A stretch of 64,000 nt of DNA from Candidatus Latescibacterota bacterium (GCA_965219995.1 CBDCOX010000002.1:2304001-2368000), one strand, 5' to 3'; shown: positions 18,301 through 29,700, counted from the first letter of the stretch. Notes: generated by a model from the letters alone, not told the origin. Made by a program: numbers and translations.

Positions 18301-19035
18301 TCAGCCGCCGGATCCGGCGGCCCTGTTTTTCGATTTCGTCATTGAAAACACCAGCAGTTGCTTGGAAAACAGGTAGTACTCCTTGAAATTGAGTTTGCTG
18401 GTGCTGTACTGCCGATTGCGGAACACGTAGGGTACCTCGACAAATGTCGACCAGGTTCCCTTGACAAGGATCTCGAGCAGAATCTTGTACCCCGGAGACG
18501 TCAGCGTCACGCCCTGCAGCACCCGGCGATGCAGGAAGAAATACCCGCTGAGCGGATCCTGTACCCCGGTCAGTTGCCTCGCGGCGAGCACGCCGGCCTG
18601 GGAGATCAGCTTTCGATACCATGGCCACCGCTCCACGCGGCTTTCGGGGTTATAGCGGCTGCCAAGCGCGAGATCGCATTCCCGCAGCCCCTGAATCAAT
18701 CGGGGCAATACCGCCGGATCGTGGCTCAGGTCCGCGTCAATCACGCCAAGACAATCGCGGTCCGACCTTTGAAATCCCTCCATCACCGCGCTGCCGAGAC
18801 CCAGTTTGCCGGACCGGTGTACCACCTGAACAGGATATCGGCCCTTCAGCGCTTCCGCTTCCTCGCCGGTGCCATCCGGTGAAGCATCATCCACGACGAT
18901 CAGTTCCAGATCGATCTCCGGGAACCGACCGACCGCTGAAAATACTTCGTCCGCCAGAAGGGAGATGTTCGGGCGTTCGTTATAGGTTGGTGTAATCAAA
19001 GACACGCGCAACGGGGATTCACCCATGTCAATCAC
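18301..19035 (-). CDS. GT2 polyprenol-phosphate mannosyltransferase-like
   Basis: PTYNE, VDDASPDGT, GLGSA, DADLSHDP, GSRY, DPLSGYF. Confidence 0.9.
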   Translation of the reverse strand: MIDMGESPLRVSLITPTYNERPNISLLADEVFSAVGRFPEIDLELIVVDDASPDGTGEEAEALKGRYPVQVVHRSGKLGLGSAVMEGFQRSDRDCLGVIDADLSHDPAVLPRLIQGLRECDLALGSRYNPESRVERWPWYRKLISQAGVLAARQLTGVQDPLSGYFFLHRRVLQGVTLTSPGYKILLEILVKGTWSTFVEVPYVFRNRQYSTSKLNFKEYYLFSKQLLVFSMTKSKNRAAGSGG

Positions 19036-19943
19036 CTGACCTTTATGCCCATCTTCCTGCCGGTCGCCTTCAGATTTTCGGAAAAAGACCGCAGAACGGG
19101 ATTGAACCGCCCGCGTGCCAGGTCGAGCTTCAGGCCTGCTCCGGGGGGTCTGGTCGCGGTCTGCCCCAACTCCCTGGAAGTGACGGGCACAACCAGGTCC
19201 TCGTCGAAATTGAAACAGCGGCAGATCTGCTTAACCATTTCATACCGGCTCAGGTATTCAGGCCCGGCAAAATGGACCACACCGCGGAAGTCGCAGCGAC
19301 ACAGTTCGAGGAGAAACACGGCAAGTTCGTCCACATGCGTGGGATTTGCCCATTCGTCGGTTACGACCCGGATGGTCTCGCCACGAAGCAGCGACTCCAG
19401 AGCCCACGTCACGAAATTGGGCCTGCAATCCGCACGATATCCGTATAGTACCGCCGTCCGGACCACGATCCCCCGGCGCAAAGAGGCCAGCGACAGGACC
19501 TCCGCGTCGAGCTTGGTCTGTCCGTAGACGTTGACGGGATTGGTGGGATCGGTCTCGGCATAGGGGCCCGCCAGGCCGTCGAAGACGTAGTTCGTTGAGA
19601 CGGTCACGAGGCCGGTGGCTGCGTCTTCGCACGCCCGAACGAGGTTCCGGGTTCCACAAACGTTCACGCGGCGCGCCAGATCGGGATCGCGTTCACACCG
19701 GTCCACGCCGGCCTCCGCGGCCGCGTTGATCACCCAGTCCGGCCGCGCCCGTGTAATCGCCTCCCTGACGGAGCCCGCATCCGTGAGGTCCACCCGCAGA
19801 CAGTCGGATACCGAATACGGCGCCCGCGGCCTGCGGGCCGCGGGTATCCGCCGGTAACCTTCAAAAGGCACGTCGCAAAGCGCGCGCCCCAGGAATCCGG
19901 AAGCCCCGACAATCATTACGGCCTTTGTCTTCCCTTCTTCCAT
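19032..19943 (-). CDS. rfbD: dTDP-4-dehydrorhamnose reductase family
   Basis: GASGFLG, STNYVFDG, YGQTK, DEWANPT. Confidence 0.85.
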   Translation of the reverse strand: MEEGKTKAVMIVGASGFLGRALCDVPFEGYRRIPAARRPRAPYSVSDCLRVDLTDAGSVREAITRARPDWVINAAAEAGVDRCERDPDLARRVNVCGTRNLVRACEDAATGLVTVSTNYVFDGLAGPYAETDPTNPVNVYGQTKLDAEVLSLASLRRGIVVRTAVLYGYRADCRPNFVTWALESLLRGETIRVVTDEWANPTHVDELAVFLLELCRCDFRGVVHFAGPEYLSRYEMVKQICRCFNFDEDLVVPVTSRELGQTATRPPGAGLKLDLARGRFNPVLRSFSENLKATGRKMGIKVR

Positions 19944-19961
19944 ATGTACCACACGTACAGG

Positions 19962-21542
19962 TTACGGAAGTTCATGATCGGATTCTCGGGGCTCGGACCG
20001 CCACGTACGGCCGGCCCCGAGGCGCAGGTACATCGCCATTCCTCTGTAGAGCGCGCCGGCATTGGCTGCGCGCCTGAGGTGGCTGTTCGCCAGCGTCTCA
20101 AGAATCTCACCGGCCGTTTCTCTATAGCGCGAATGGCCGGTCAGCGCGTACAACCTTGAAAGCACCTGAACGGCCACCCCGTTACCCGACGGGACCAGAC
20201 GATCCACCGCGTGGATGACGGCCGTGTCCGGCTCCGGCCAGCGGTCGCGCATCGCGCCCGCGTCATCGAAGAGCCGCTCCAGCATCACATCGGTGAGTTC
20301 CGATGCGAACCGGAAGTCACCGTCGTGACCGCGCACGCTGTATAAGTCCAGCGCGGCCCTCGCAACCAGGGCCTGGTCCGTCAGCAGAAACAGCGGGTCT
20401 CCGGAAGGATTCAGGACGTGCCGCACCCCGCCGTCCGGATGGGTAAGTTGCTTCCGGACGGACGCCAGAACGTCACGCGCCATATCCAGATAGGCGGTGG
20501 TTCCGGAAGCCTGATAGAGCGCGACAAACCCGGTAACGGCCAGGGCGTTCCAGGAGGTATAGACGGCCGGGTCTCTCGGGGCCGCGGGACCCGCCTCCAA
20601 AAGGACCACGTCTCCGGATTGTTCGGAAAACCCCGCGAGGCCGGCAACGAACAGGCCCGATTGCGAAGCATAGAGCCCGCCCGCCAGCGCGTCGCCAAGA
20701 TCAACCGCCGCCGCCGTGTCCACACGCGCCAGAACAGCCAGCCAACCCGCATTTGCCGCCAGCGTCTTTTCTCTGTCGAGCACGGCGCCGTCCGGCGTGA
20801 GCGCGCGCTGGAAGAAAGTCCCGTCGGAATCGCGCAACGGACTTGAGACGATCGCCTTCAGCCGCTCCAGCGCCAGGGCCCGCGCCGCCGTACCGTCCGC
20901 ATCGAGAAGGGCAAGAAAGGACTCGGGTCCCGGCACCTCTCCCCGCTCCAGCGCGGCCGCGGTGCTGTCGGAGAATTGGTGCAGCAGGCCGGGCGCCGGC
21001 GCTACCCGGGGCACATTCGGCGCCTCTCTCGCCACCCATCGCGCCAGATTCCGCCGCGCGCGTTCAAAATCGCCCCAGCGCTTCGGGTTGTTGAAATGGA
21101 CCCGCACCCGGCGCAGCAGTTCCCGCAGATCATCCGGGTCCAGATACATGGACCCGGTCATCCAGTCGCCGTCGGGAGTCAGGAACGACGTTGAAGGCCA
21201 GCCGCCCACACCGAACCGCTCCGCCAGATCGGGCCGCCGGTCCACGTCCACCCTTACCGGCCACGTACCCTGTCCGATCAACCGCGCCAGTTCGGCGTCG
21301 CCGAAACACCGTCTGACCATATCCCGGCACCAGTAGGACCGGCTGGAATAAAGATAAAGAAACAGCGGTCGATTGAGAACCCGCGCGGAATCCCGCTCCG
21401 ACCATGTCCGCCAGTTTACCCGCCCTGGCGGCGGGGCGGTCAGGTCGGACCTGTCCGGCGCCCGCTCACAGGCGGCGAACCCGGTATTCAGAGTCACGCA
21501 GAGGCAGGCCGCAAGCATTGGGTTCGGCAGAAAACGAGACAC
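19962..21542 (-). CDS. YyaL/DUF255 thioredoxin-like domain protein, probable lipoprotein
   Basis: VNWRTWS, VDVDRRPDL, GGWPSTSFLTPDG, SWNAL, PSGNGV; GFAAC lipobox-like motif. Confidence 0.8.
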   Translation of the reverse strand: MSRFLPNPMLAACLCVTLNTGFAACERAPDRSDLTAPPPGRVNWRTWSERDSARVLNRPLFLYLYSSRSYWCRDMVRRCFGDAELARLIGQGTWPVRVDVDRRPDLAERFGVGGWPSTSFLTPDGDWMTGSMYLDPDDLRELLRRVRVHFNNPKRWGDFERARRNLARWVAREAPNVPRVAPAPGLLHQFSDSTAAALERGEVPGPESFLALLDADGTAARALALERLKAIVSSPLRDSDGTFFQRALTPDGAVLDREKTLAANAGWLAVLARVDTAAAVDLGDALAGGLYASQSGLFVAGLAGFSEQSGDVVLLEAGPAAPRDPAVYTSWNALAVTGFVALYQASGTTAYLDMARDVLASVRKQLTHPDGGVRHVLNPSGDPLFLLTDQALVARAALDLYSVRGHDGDFRFASELTDVMLERLFDDAGAMRDRWPEPDTAVIHAVDRLVPSGNGVAVQVLSRLYALTGHSRYRETAGEILETLANSHLRRAANAGALYRGMAMYLRLGAGRTWRSEPRESDHELP

Positions 21543-21691
21543 GAGAGTTTGGTTCAGGATAACGATTCAACGGGAACGGCCGTCCATTTCGCCGGTACCG
21601 CAACTCCGACCGGGAAATCGTGACGGCGAACGGAAAAGTCGGGAACCGCTGTATGCCAGACGCGTTTATATCTTGAAATCGACGAAAAGAC

Positions 21692-21810
21692 TTGACATTC
21701 CGGCGACGATTAACGTAACTTTCGTGCTTGATGAGATTCAGGGAAGTTCGATCTCCGGAGGCCTTGGCGAAACGCCGGTTGCTACCGATATACATCGTCC
21801 CTGAAAGACC
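21692..21810 (+). ncRNA. Candidate small RNA
   Basis: TTGACA-N18-TAACTT followed by TTCAGGGA/TCCCTGAA closing an inner GGCG-AAA-CGCC hairpin; both flanking genes are on the opposite strand. Confidence 0.25.
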
Positions 21811-21848
21811 CTCTCGCGGGGCTTCCCGGAAACGATGTTTCTGAATCG

Positions 21849-22106
21849 TCAGCGGACATTCGAAAGTGGTATCGCCTCTTCGACCAGCATAATCGGGATA
21901 TTGTCTTCAATCGGATACAGGTAAGCGCCGTCCTCTCGAACCAGGCCTCCGTCAATGGGGTTCTCAACGGGGGATCCGCCCCGATTGCACACCTCGCCCT
22001 TTTCGATGCGTTCGTTAATCCTTTCAATTAATGCCCGACCTGCCAGCCTTACGGGTGTCCTGTTTTCCGGGCAGGCCAGAATGTCGAGCAGTTCCTTGTC
22101 AATCAC
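21849..22106 (-). CDS. Trm112-family protein
   Basis: IDKELLDILACP...YPIEDNIPIMLVEEA. Confidence 0.85.
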   Translation of the reverse strand: MIDKELLDILACPENRTPVRLAGRALIERINERIEKGEVCNRGGSPVENPIDGGLVREDGAYLYPIEDNIPIMLVEEAIPLSNVR

Positions 22107-22290
22107 GGTGCGGTCCCTTTCAAATACGAACGCTTGAAACACGGATCCGGTGTCCTGTCTTCTCTCAGATTGACAGAAAATAGTCAACCACCGGTTGTCG
22201 AACAAGCTTTTTTCCGGCAGGAGCGCCTATTCTGAACATTCGCTGACGTGTTTTGCCCCTGGTTCCACACTTTCGTTCCATAATAAGAAG

Positions 22291-22470
22291 CCGTCGACAA
22301 GGCTGGCCGTCACCGCCTCCCGGGGCGATTGTCGCGTTGTGGACTTGACGTCAAAACCTATAGCGAGTGGAGTGCCCGTGCCGTTGCAGCGTTTACCCGG
22401 GTCGCCGGACAAGAAAAGGGGTACCCGCCTTCCCACCCCTTTCCGCACCCGGTTTTTTGTGCCCTGTCGC
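22291..22470 (+). ncRNA. Candidate rod-like ncRNA of about 180 nt (6S-like?)
   Basis: CATAAT at 22279; ends pair (CGACAAGGC 22295-22303 with GCCCTGTCG 22461-22469) and there are further nested complementarities. Confidence 0.35.
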
Positions 22471-22527
22471 CTTGACAATTTCCGCCGGGCCCAATCGAAC
22501 GAATAACACCTCAAGGAGCCGAACCCC

Positions 22528-23574
22528 ATGAAAAGCAACCCGTTGTGCGTGTGCCTGACCGGCATTCTCCTCTCCTTCGTGTTCGCGTGTCCGGGCCCGT
22601 CGTGGGCGACGCCGGAGAGCCAGGCCGCGGCGCCCTTTCTTCTCTTTCAACCCAGCGCGCGTTCCGCTGGAATGGGTGAGGCGTATATCGCGATTGCCGA
22701 CGGCGCCAACGCAACCTATTACAATCCGGCTGCCCTGGCAGACGACACGAACAGGCATATGAGTACAACGATGTACAAGCCCGTGCCATCGCTGGCCAGC
22801 GACATTTTCACCTCGTTCGGCGCGTACACGCAGCCGGTCGAAGGCGTGGGCAACCTGGGCTTGAGCCTGATCTACACTTCCCTCGGGTCCCAGCACCGTA
22901 CCGACTCCCAGGGCCAGGACCTGGGCAAATTCACGAGCTTCGGCCTGGCCGTGGCCGTATCTTATGGAACCTTTGTCGTGAAAGACGTTTCCGTGGGCGC
23001 AACCATGAAGTTCATTCACGAGAAACTGGCCAGTCAGGGGGCCGGCATTGAAAAGGGAAAGGGCGCCGGCACGTCCTTCGCCGGCGACCTGGGTTTCATG
23101 TGGAAAGCTTCGGATCGCTTCACCCTGGCCTGGGCGCTGCGAAACGTGGGACCGAATATTACGTTTATCGATGCGGACCAGGCCGACCCGCTGCCGCAGA
23201 ATTTCACGATCGGCATTGCCCACAAGATGTTGCAGCGAGGGAATTCAACGCTGCTTCTTGCCGCGGACATCTATAAACCTCTGGCCGACGAAGGCTTTTT
23301 CTCCTTTGCCACCGGCTGGAGCGACCGAAACGGAAGCGAGGAATTCAAGGATATCGACTACCATGCGGGCATCGAATGGAAATACAACCTTTCCGAAGAG
23401 TCCGCCTTCGCCCTGCGGTCGGGATATTTCCACGATGAGGACGGTGACCGGAAAAGCCCGACCTTCGGCCTGGGTCTCAAATACAACTGGGCGACATTCG
23501 ATCTCTCCTACTTTGCCAGCAGCGGCTCCGCCATCCAGAACGTCTTTCGATTCACGGGCGGCTTCTCATTCTGA
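22528..23574 (+). CDS. porV: PorV/PorQ-family outer-membrane beta-barrel (T9SS shuttle)
   Basis: APFLLFQPSARSAGMGEA...DGANATYYNPAAL, QADPLP, LRSGYF, terminal aromatic GFSF. Confidence 0.85.
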   Translation: MKSNPLCVCLTGILLSFVFACPGPSWATPESQAAAPFLLFQPSARSAGMGEAYIAIADGANATYYNPAALADDTNRHMSTTMYKPVPSLASDIFTSFGAYTQPVEGVGNLGLSLIYTSLGSQHRTDSQGQDLGKFTSFGLAVAVSYGTFVVKDVSVGATMKFIHEKLASQGAGIEKGKGAGTSFAGDLGFMWKASDRFTLAWALRNVGPNITFIDADQADPLPQNFTIGIAHKMLQRGNSTLLLAADIYKPLADEGFFSFATGWSDRNGSEEFKDIDYHAGIEWKYNLSEESAFALRSGYFHDEDGDRKSPTFGLGLKYNWATFDLSYFASSGSAIQNVFRFTGGFSF

Positions 23575-23683
23575 GACAATGGAACGGCTTGTCCTTCCGC
23601 TGTTTTTCGTTTGACTTCTCAAAGGGTCGAAAACCATCGTGTGGTTGCGGCGGGTTGAACCCAGACGCAGGCTGCAAACGCGA

Positions 23684-26600
23684 ATGGCGCAGAAGCAGAC
23701 GACATTTGCGTTCCTTCTCGCCATTTGCTTTTTCTGTCTCGTTCCACCTCCGTCTGAGGTTCAGGGCGCTGTGGAGACCTGGCGCATCCTGGCCGTCCGT
23801 GTGTCGTTTTCGGTGGAAGATCCCGACGACGGGACGACCAGCGGAAACGGCGCCTTCGATCTCCGGACCTTCGATTCGGTCCGCGATGACTATGTCTTCC
23901 CCTTCGACGCCCCGCCGCACGACAGATCCTATTTTGAAGCGCACCTCCAGGCCCTGCGCAACTACTACCTGCAAATTTCCAACGGGCAGCTCGATATAGA
24001 GTACACCGTGTTTCCCGAGGATGCGGACGGCAGCTACCTTCTGGACCGACCGCTGAAGGAATACGGCAACGGGCGCACCCGAAACGAAATCGCCCAGCGA
24101 ATCACACAGCTCTTCCGTGACGGGATCGCGGCCGCCGACACCGCCGAAGGGACAAACCTGGATTTTTCCGCTTTCCAGGCCTTCGTGGTCTTTCACGCCG
24201 GGCTCGGAGCGGAGGCTGGCGGACAGGCCATCAACGATATTCCGTCCGCTTTCGTGTCCCGCAATGACCTCGACCGGTTTGCGGACGGACCGATAGAGGT
24301 GGACGATGGGGCGGCAACTGTTCAAAACGGCATGTTGCTGCCCGAAGCCGTCGGTACGGACGGAAGGGCCGGTCTGAACGGAACGCTTGTCCGGTTCTTC
24401 GCGCACCAGCTGGGCCTGCCAGGGCTGTCGAATTTCGAAGACGAACTCCCCGCGGTGGGAGACTGGAGTCCGCTGGATACCGGCGGCCCCGGCGCCGTGG
24501 CCTCCGCGCCCCGCCTGGGCCTTCAGCCGCCGAATGCAGACCCGGGAGACAGCCTGCTCATCGGCTTTGTACCGAGCCGCATGCTCGCGTGGTCCCGTAT
24601 CCGCCTCGGATGGCTGGAGCCGAAGGTCGTCTCACGGAACGACACCGTGCGGCTGGCTGCCCCGCACGTTGCGGGTTCCAACCTGCCACAGGCCGTCAAG
24701 ATCCCCATCAGCGCCACCGAATATTTCCTCCTGGAAAACCGCATCTCCCGGCTTGCCGTACACGGGCGCAAACCCGACGTCGAATTCTCATCCGGAGATC
24801 GCGTTTGGCTCTCGGTGGACGACTACGACGCCTTCATTCCGGGTTCCGGCATTCTGATCTGGCACGTGGACGACGCCGTCTTTCAGGCCAGTGGCGACGG
24901 CGTTGCCGTCAACAGCAATCCGCAGTATCTTATCGCCCCGGGCCAATACCGGCGGGGAATCTCGCTGGAGGAGGCAGACGGCCTGGAAGATATCGGCAAC
25001 AATGCCGCGGACCGGGTTGTGCAGGCCGGCATCATCAGCCTGGATGCCATCGAGGGCAGCGCCCGAGATCCGTTCTATTCGGGCAACGCATCCCGTTTCG
25101 GACCGGACACCGTGCCCGCCAGCAGCAGCAACCTGAACTATCGCACGGGAATTACGATTCAAGTCCTCAGCCCCCCTGCCGATACGATGGACGTGGTCAT
25201 CACGTTTGACTACCAGCAGGATGCGTGGCCTGCAACCGGGTTGGCGAACGTCGGGCTGCAGGCCCCCCGGGCAATCGACCTCGACGGCGACGGCGTCAAA
25301 GAAATCCTCCGCAGCGGCGGCCACTTCGGTCCGGACCCCGCCGAGGGGTCCCCCGAAAGAATCGCCCTGCCGCTCTCTCTGAGCGGAAATCCTGCCGTCC
25401 TGCCGGCCGATGCCGCGTTTCCCTTCGTCACCTCTTTTAGCCCCGCCGTGGGCGATATCGACGGAGACGGCGAAGCCGATTTCATCTACGCACGAGGCCC
25501 CACGCCCGTTCTGTGGCGACGCAACGGCACCACGGCCCCGTCCGCGGGCGCGGCGCCCGAGGTCTCCTGCCCGCCCCTCATCGCGAGGTTTGCGGGCGGG
25601 GCGGTGGATATCTGGGGCTGGACGAACGGGGACGTGACCTGGGGCAATCTGGAGGGAGCGAACACGGGTGTCGCGCAGATGGTCGGCGGAGCCGTCGTCG
25701 GCCTGGCAACCGGAAACGTGGACGACGATCCGGACAGCGAGATTGTCGCCCTGACGGGCGACGGCGGGCTCTTCGTTGTCAAGGCGGATGGACACGTCCA
25801 ACAGGTGGGCACCCTTTCCGGGTCCGTCCCGGGAACCCCTGTGCTGGGCGACCTGGACAGGGACGGGCGGGATGAGATCGTCGCGCTGGACGCGGACGGT
25901 GTGGTATCCATCTTTTCCAGCGGGAGCATGACGGCTCAAAGCGTGCCGGTGCCCGGCGGCGCGGGTTCGGCGCCCGTGCTGGGCGATCTGGACGAAGACG
26001 GATACATCGAGGCGATCTTCGGCGGCGAGGGACGCCTTTGGGTCGTGCGCTTCAACGGGGTGCACCAGACCGATACGCCGCTGGCGTTTCCGCTCAAGGA
26101 CGAAGCCGGTCTGATCTCAGCCCCACCCGTACTTGCCGACATCAACCTGGACGGCGACCTGGACATTTTCGCGGCCACGAAGGGAGGCCTGGTGTACGGT
26201 CTCGGTGCTGACGGCTCAGGCCTTGCGTCCTTTCCTCTGCCCGTTTCAGGCCCGGTCCGCGCATCGCCCCTGCTTGACGACCTGGACGACGACGGCACCC
26301 TCGAACTGGTCGTCTTCACGACTGACGGTGCGGCGCATCTCTGGCACCTCGAGACCTTCGACGCCCATTTTACGGGCAATCATCTCGTCTGGAGCCAGGC
26401 AGGAGGGGGACCGGGAAACGCGGGCCGTCTCCTCACGCTGCCCAGCGATCCGCCGCCGGAAACCACGTCGCTGCTACTGCCGCCGGACCAGGTCTACTGC
26501 TATCCCAATCCCATTCGCGGGACGTCGGCCACGATCCGGTTTTTTCTCGGCAGGAGCGCCCGCGTCCAGGTGGCCGTGCTCAACGCGCTGGGTGAAATCG

Positions 26601-26758
26601 TCGACAGGATGACCATGGAGAATCCAACGCCCCGTACGGACAACGAGCTCCGCTGGAACACGGGCGACTATGCCAGCGGTTTCTACGTATGCCGGGTGGA
26701 AGCCATTTCCGAAGAACGAACCGAAGTCCGCTTCGTCAAGACCGCTATCATCAAATAA
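23684..26758 (+). CDS. M6-like (degenerate) domain + FG-GAP repeats + T9SS C-terminal domain
   Basis: ILAVRVSF, FHAG, EYFLLENR, GILIWHVD, EEADG; GDLDxDG repeats; YCYPNP...ASGFYVCRV...KTAIIK CTD. Confidence 0.8.
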   Translation: MAQKQTTFAFLLAICFFCLVPPPSEVQGAVETWRILAVRVSFSVEDPDDGTTSGNGAFDLRTFDSVRDDYVFPFDAPPHDRSYFEAHLQALRNYYLQISNGQLDIEYTVFPEDADGSYLLDRPLKEYGNGRTRNEIAQRITQLFRDGIAAADTAEGTNLDFSAFQAFVVFHAGLGAEAGGQAINDIPSAFVSRNDLDRFADGPIEVDDGAATVQNGMLLPEAVGTDGRAGLNGTLVRFFAHQLGLPGLSNFEDELPAVGDWSPLDTGGPGAVASAPRLGLQPPNADPGDSLLIGFVPSRMLAWSRIRLGWLEPKVVSRNDTVRLAAPHVAGSNLPQAVKIPISATEYFLLENRISRLAVHGRKPDVEFSSGDRVWLSVDDYDAFIPGSGILIWHVDDAVFQASGDGVAVNSNPQYLIAPGQYRRGISLEEADGLEDIGNNAADRVVQAGIISLDAIEGSARDPFYSGNASRFGPDTVPASSSNLNYRTGITIQVLSPPADTMDVVITFDYQQDAWPATGLANVGLQAPRAIDLDGDGVKEILRSGGHFGPDPAEGSPERIALPLSLSGNPAVLPADAAFPFVTSFSPAVGDIDGDGEADFIYARGPTPVLWRRNGTTAPSAGAAPEVSCPPLIARFAGGAVDIWGWTNGDVTWGNLEGANTGVAQMVGGAVVGLATGNVDDDPDSEIVALTGDGGLFVVKADGHVQQVGTLSGSVPGTPVLGDLDRDGRDEIVALDADGVVSIFSSGSMTAQSVPVPGGAGSAPVLGDLDEDGYIEAIFGGEGRLWVVRFNGVHQTDTPLAFPLKDEAGLISAPPVLADINLDGDLDIFAATKGGLVYGLGADGSGLASFPLPVSGPVRASPLLDDLDDDGTLELVVFTTDGAAHLWHLETFDAHFTGNHLVWSQAGGGPGNAGRLLTLPSDPPPETTSLLLPPDQVYCYPNPIRGTSATIRFFLGRSARVQVAVLNALGEIVDRMTMENPTPRTDNELRWNTGDYASGFYVCRVEAISEERTEVRFVKTAIIK

Positions 26759-26765
26759 CCGTCCG

Positions 26766-29700
26766 ATGGGTACACAGGATATCCGATGTTTACGACAGGC
26801 GCCTGATCGACGCCGGACGCAGGGTTTATCCGGCAGGGCCATCGGGATATGCCTGGTGCTGCTGTTATGGGCGCCGCTGCCGGCCGTCGCTCAGTCCGAC
26901 GCCAACCATCCCGAGTTGCGCTGGGAGGTCCTGGAGACCGCCCACTTCAAGATATACTACCATCAGGGCCTCGCCGACTTTGCCCGTCGCGCCGCGACGG
27001 CAGCCGAAGCCGTGTACGGCCCGGTCACGACGTTCTACGATTTCACTCCCGACGAAAAAATACGGCTGATCCTGAAAGACACCGACGACTATGCCAATGG
27101 CGTGGCCTTTTACTATCACAACACCATGGAGATCTGGGCGTCCAACCTGGAATTCGAACTGCGCGGGGACACCGACTGGCTGCAGAATGTGATCGCGCAC
27201 GAATTCACCCACATCATATCGCTGCAGACGGCCCGCAAGGGTCCACGACGCCTGCCCGCGATTTACTTCCACTATCTGGGCTACCAGAACGAAGAACGGC
27301 GGGACGATATTCTCACGGGTTATCCGGACGTCTTTGCATCTTACGCCGTTCCCCTGACCATCGTACCGCCGTGGTTCGCCGAAGGCACCGCCCAATATAT
27401 GGCGCCGGGCGTCCATTTCGACCGCTGGGACTCCCACCGCGACATGATCCTGCGGATGTCCACTTTGAACAACCGGCTGCTCACCTACGAGGAAATGGGC
27501 GTATTCGGTTCCAAGACCGGTCTGGGTCTGGAGAAGGTGTACGATCATGGGTACGACCTGACCCTGTTTATCGTCAACACGTTTGGCGAGGGCAAATTGC
27601 CGGAAATCTACCGTAATATGACCAGGCTGTGGCGAACCGACTTCGAATCCGCCGTCCGTGGCGCGACCGGCATCTCCGGTCGCGAACTCCACCGGCGCTG
27701 GGTGGCCGCCCTGAAAGAGCGGTACGAAGTCCAGAAAGCCGAACTCGAAGGACGCCTCGTCGACGGCGAAATCCTGCACGGCAAGGGGTACTTCAACCTC
27801 CATCCCCGCTGGTCGCGGGACGGTAAGCAACTGGCTCATCTCACCAACCAGGGCAGCGACTTCGGCCGTACCGCCCTGGTTGTGCATACCCTCTCCGACA
27901 GCACGTCCAAGACGCTCGCCGGCGGCGCAGACACGGCGCCGGACTGGTCGCCGAACGGCCCCCGCCTCATCTTCGCCCGCCGCAGCGCGCCCGACAGATA
28001 CGGCTCACGTTTCCGGGACCTGTATACCGTCGACCCGACCGCGCCACGGGCCGGCGGACTGTTTCAGAAGACGCGGGCGACACTTGGTCTGTCTCAGGAA
28101 CTGCCGCCCAACCAGAGTCGTTTGACGCACGGACTCCGTGCGAGTCATCCGGCGTATTCGCCGAATGGAAAACAGATCGCACTGGTGATTAACGGCCGCG
28201 GCTCCACCAACCTTGCCGTGATGGACGTGGACGGCGGAAACCTCCGCCGGCTCACGTCATTCGACGACGGCTCACAGGTATACACGCCCCGCTGGTCGCC
28301 CGATGGTTCGCAGATCGCCTGCTCGGTCTTCCGTCCGAACCAGACCCGGGACATCGCCATCGTCCCGGCGGACGGCGGGCCGTTCAATCCGGTCATCGTC
28401 TCCCCGGGCACGGACCGCGATCCTGCGTGGACTCCCGACGGGGCGGGCCTGGTATTCGCCTCGGACCAGGACGGCATCTTCAACCTGTACCATTTCGCCC
28501 TGATCGACGGGGCCGTGCACCGCGTCACCCGGGTACTGGGGGGCGCTCTTCAGCCGCACGTCAATCCCGGGGACCGTCGCATTGCCTTTTCCCACTACGG
28601 CGCTTCAGGGTACGAGATCCGGGTCATGTCCGGCAAGGGCGCCTGGGAACCGGTGCCGCCGGGCACCTTCGCGCCCGGCGGCCAATCTTCTCCCGGTGCA
28701 CCGCAGGCCCATCAAGTGGCTGGTGTGGAAGCCCGTACCTATGCCAACGAATTCTCCACAACGTCGATCTTTCCCCGAATTGCAGTAGACGCGGGAAAGT
28801 TCAAACTGGGCATCTTCGCCGGATCCAAAGACATTCTCAACAAACAGTCCCTGCTCGTCGGCGCCATGGCGGCCCGCGACCGGGACCTGGACCTCTTCGC
28901 GGTCTACGAATACCGTCGCTGGCGCCCCACCGTCTTTCTGGAAGCCTATCGGGCCGTCCGTCACGAAGAAGACGACGTACTCAACAGGGACGAAAATTTC
29001 CGCATCTTCAGTCAGACGTTCACGCTTTCGGGCGCGGAGTTCGGGGCATGGCACAGGTTGGGCACGGGTAGCCGGCTGGACGCACGATTCATCTACAATC
29101 TGTCGTCCACCGACCAGGACGTCGCCCGCTTCAACGGCATGGGCGAAGTAAGCGTGGGCGCCACCACCCACCACGGCTTCAATTTCTCGTTCACGTATTC
29201 CCTGAACAACATCCTCCGTACCAGAGACCGGGAGATCAATCCGCGCGCCGGCCGGGAGATGCGGTTCCGCTATGACCGTCAGTTCAATTACTTCATCAGC
29301 GGGTTCAAGGAAGACACGTCCCTTCTGATCGAGACGTTCGACCGCTACTTCTACAACCGGCTGACCCTGAGCTGGAGCGAATACCTGCCGGTGGGTCCCG
29401 GACGCGGCACCCTCGGGCTACGCTTTTACGGCGGGATGATCGACAGCGAAGTGGATGACTACTTCGACTATTTCCTCGGCGGCCTGCCGTATATGAAGGG
29501 ATATACGTTCTACAGCCTGGAAGGCCGCAGGGCCGCCATGGTTCGCGCCGCGTACCGCTTTCCAATCCGGACCGGGATGGATCGGCAGACCGGCCCCATC
29601 TACTCCGACCAGCTCTTTGGATCCGTCTATGCCGGTATCGGCCGCGCCTGGGACGGCGACGAAATGGACAACGTGCTCAACCGCGGCTGGAAGCGGGACG

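Noticed and set aside
18218-18628. N-terminal extension of the S41 protease ORF
   Set aside because: It overlaps the GT2 gene; the signal peptide begins near 18217/18190.
26576-26586. GTGCTCAACGC match to the CRISPR repeat start
   Set aside because: An 11-nt match inside a coding sequence (VLNA); similar short hits at about 29674 and 44064 are consistent with chance.
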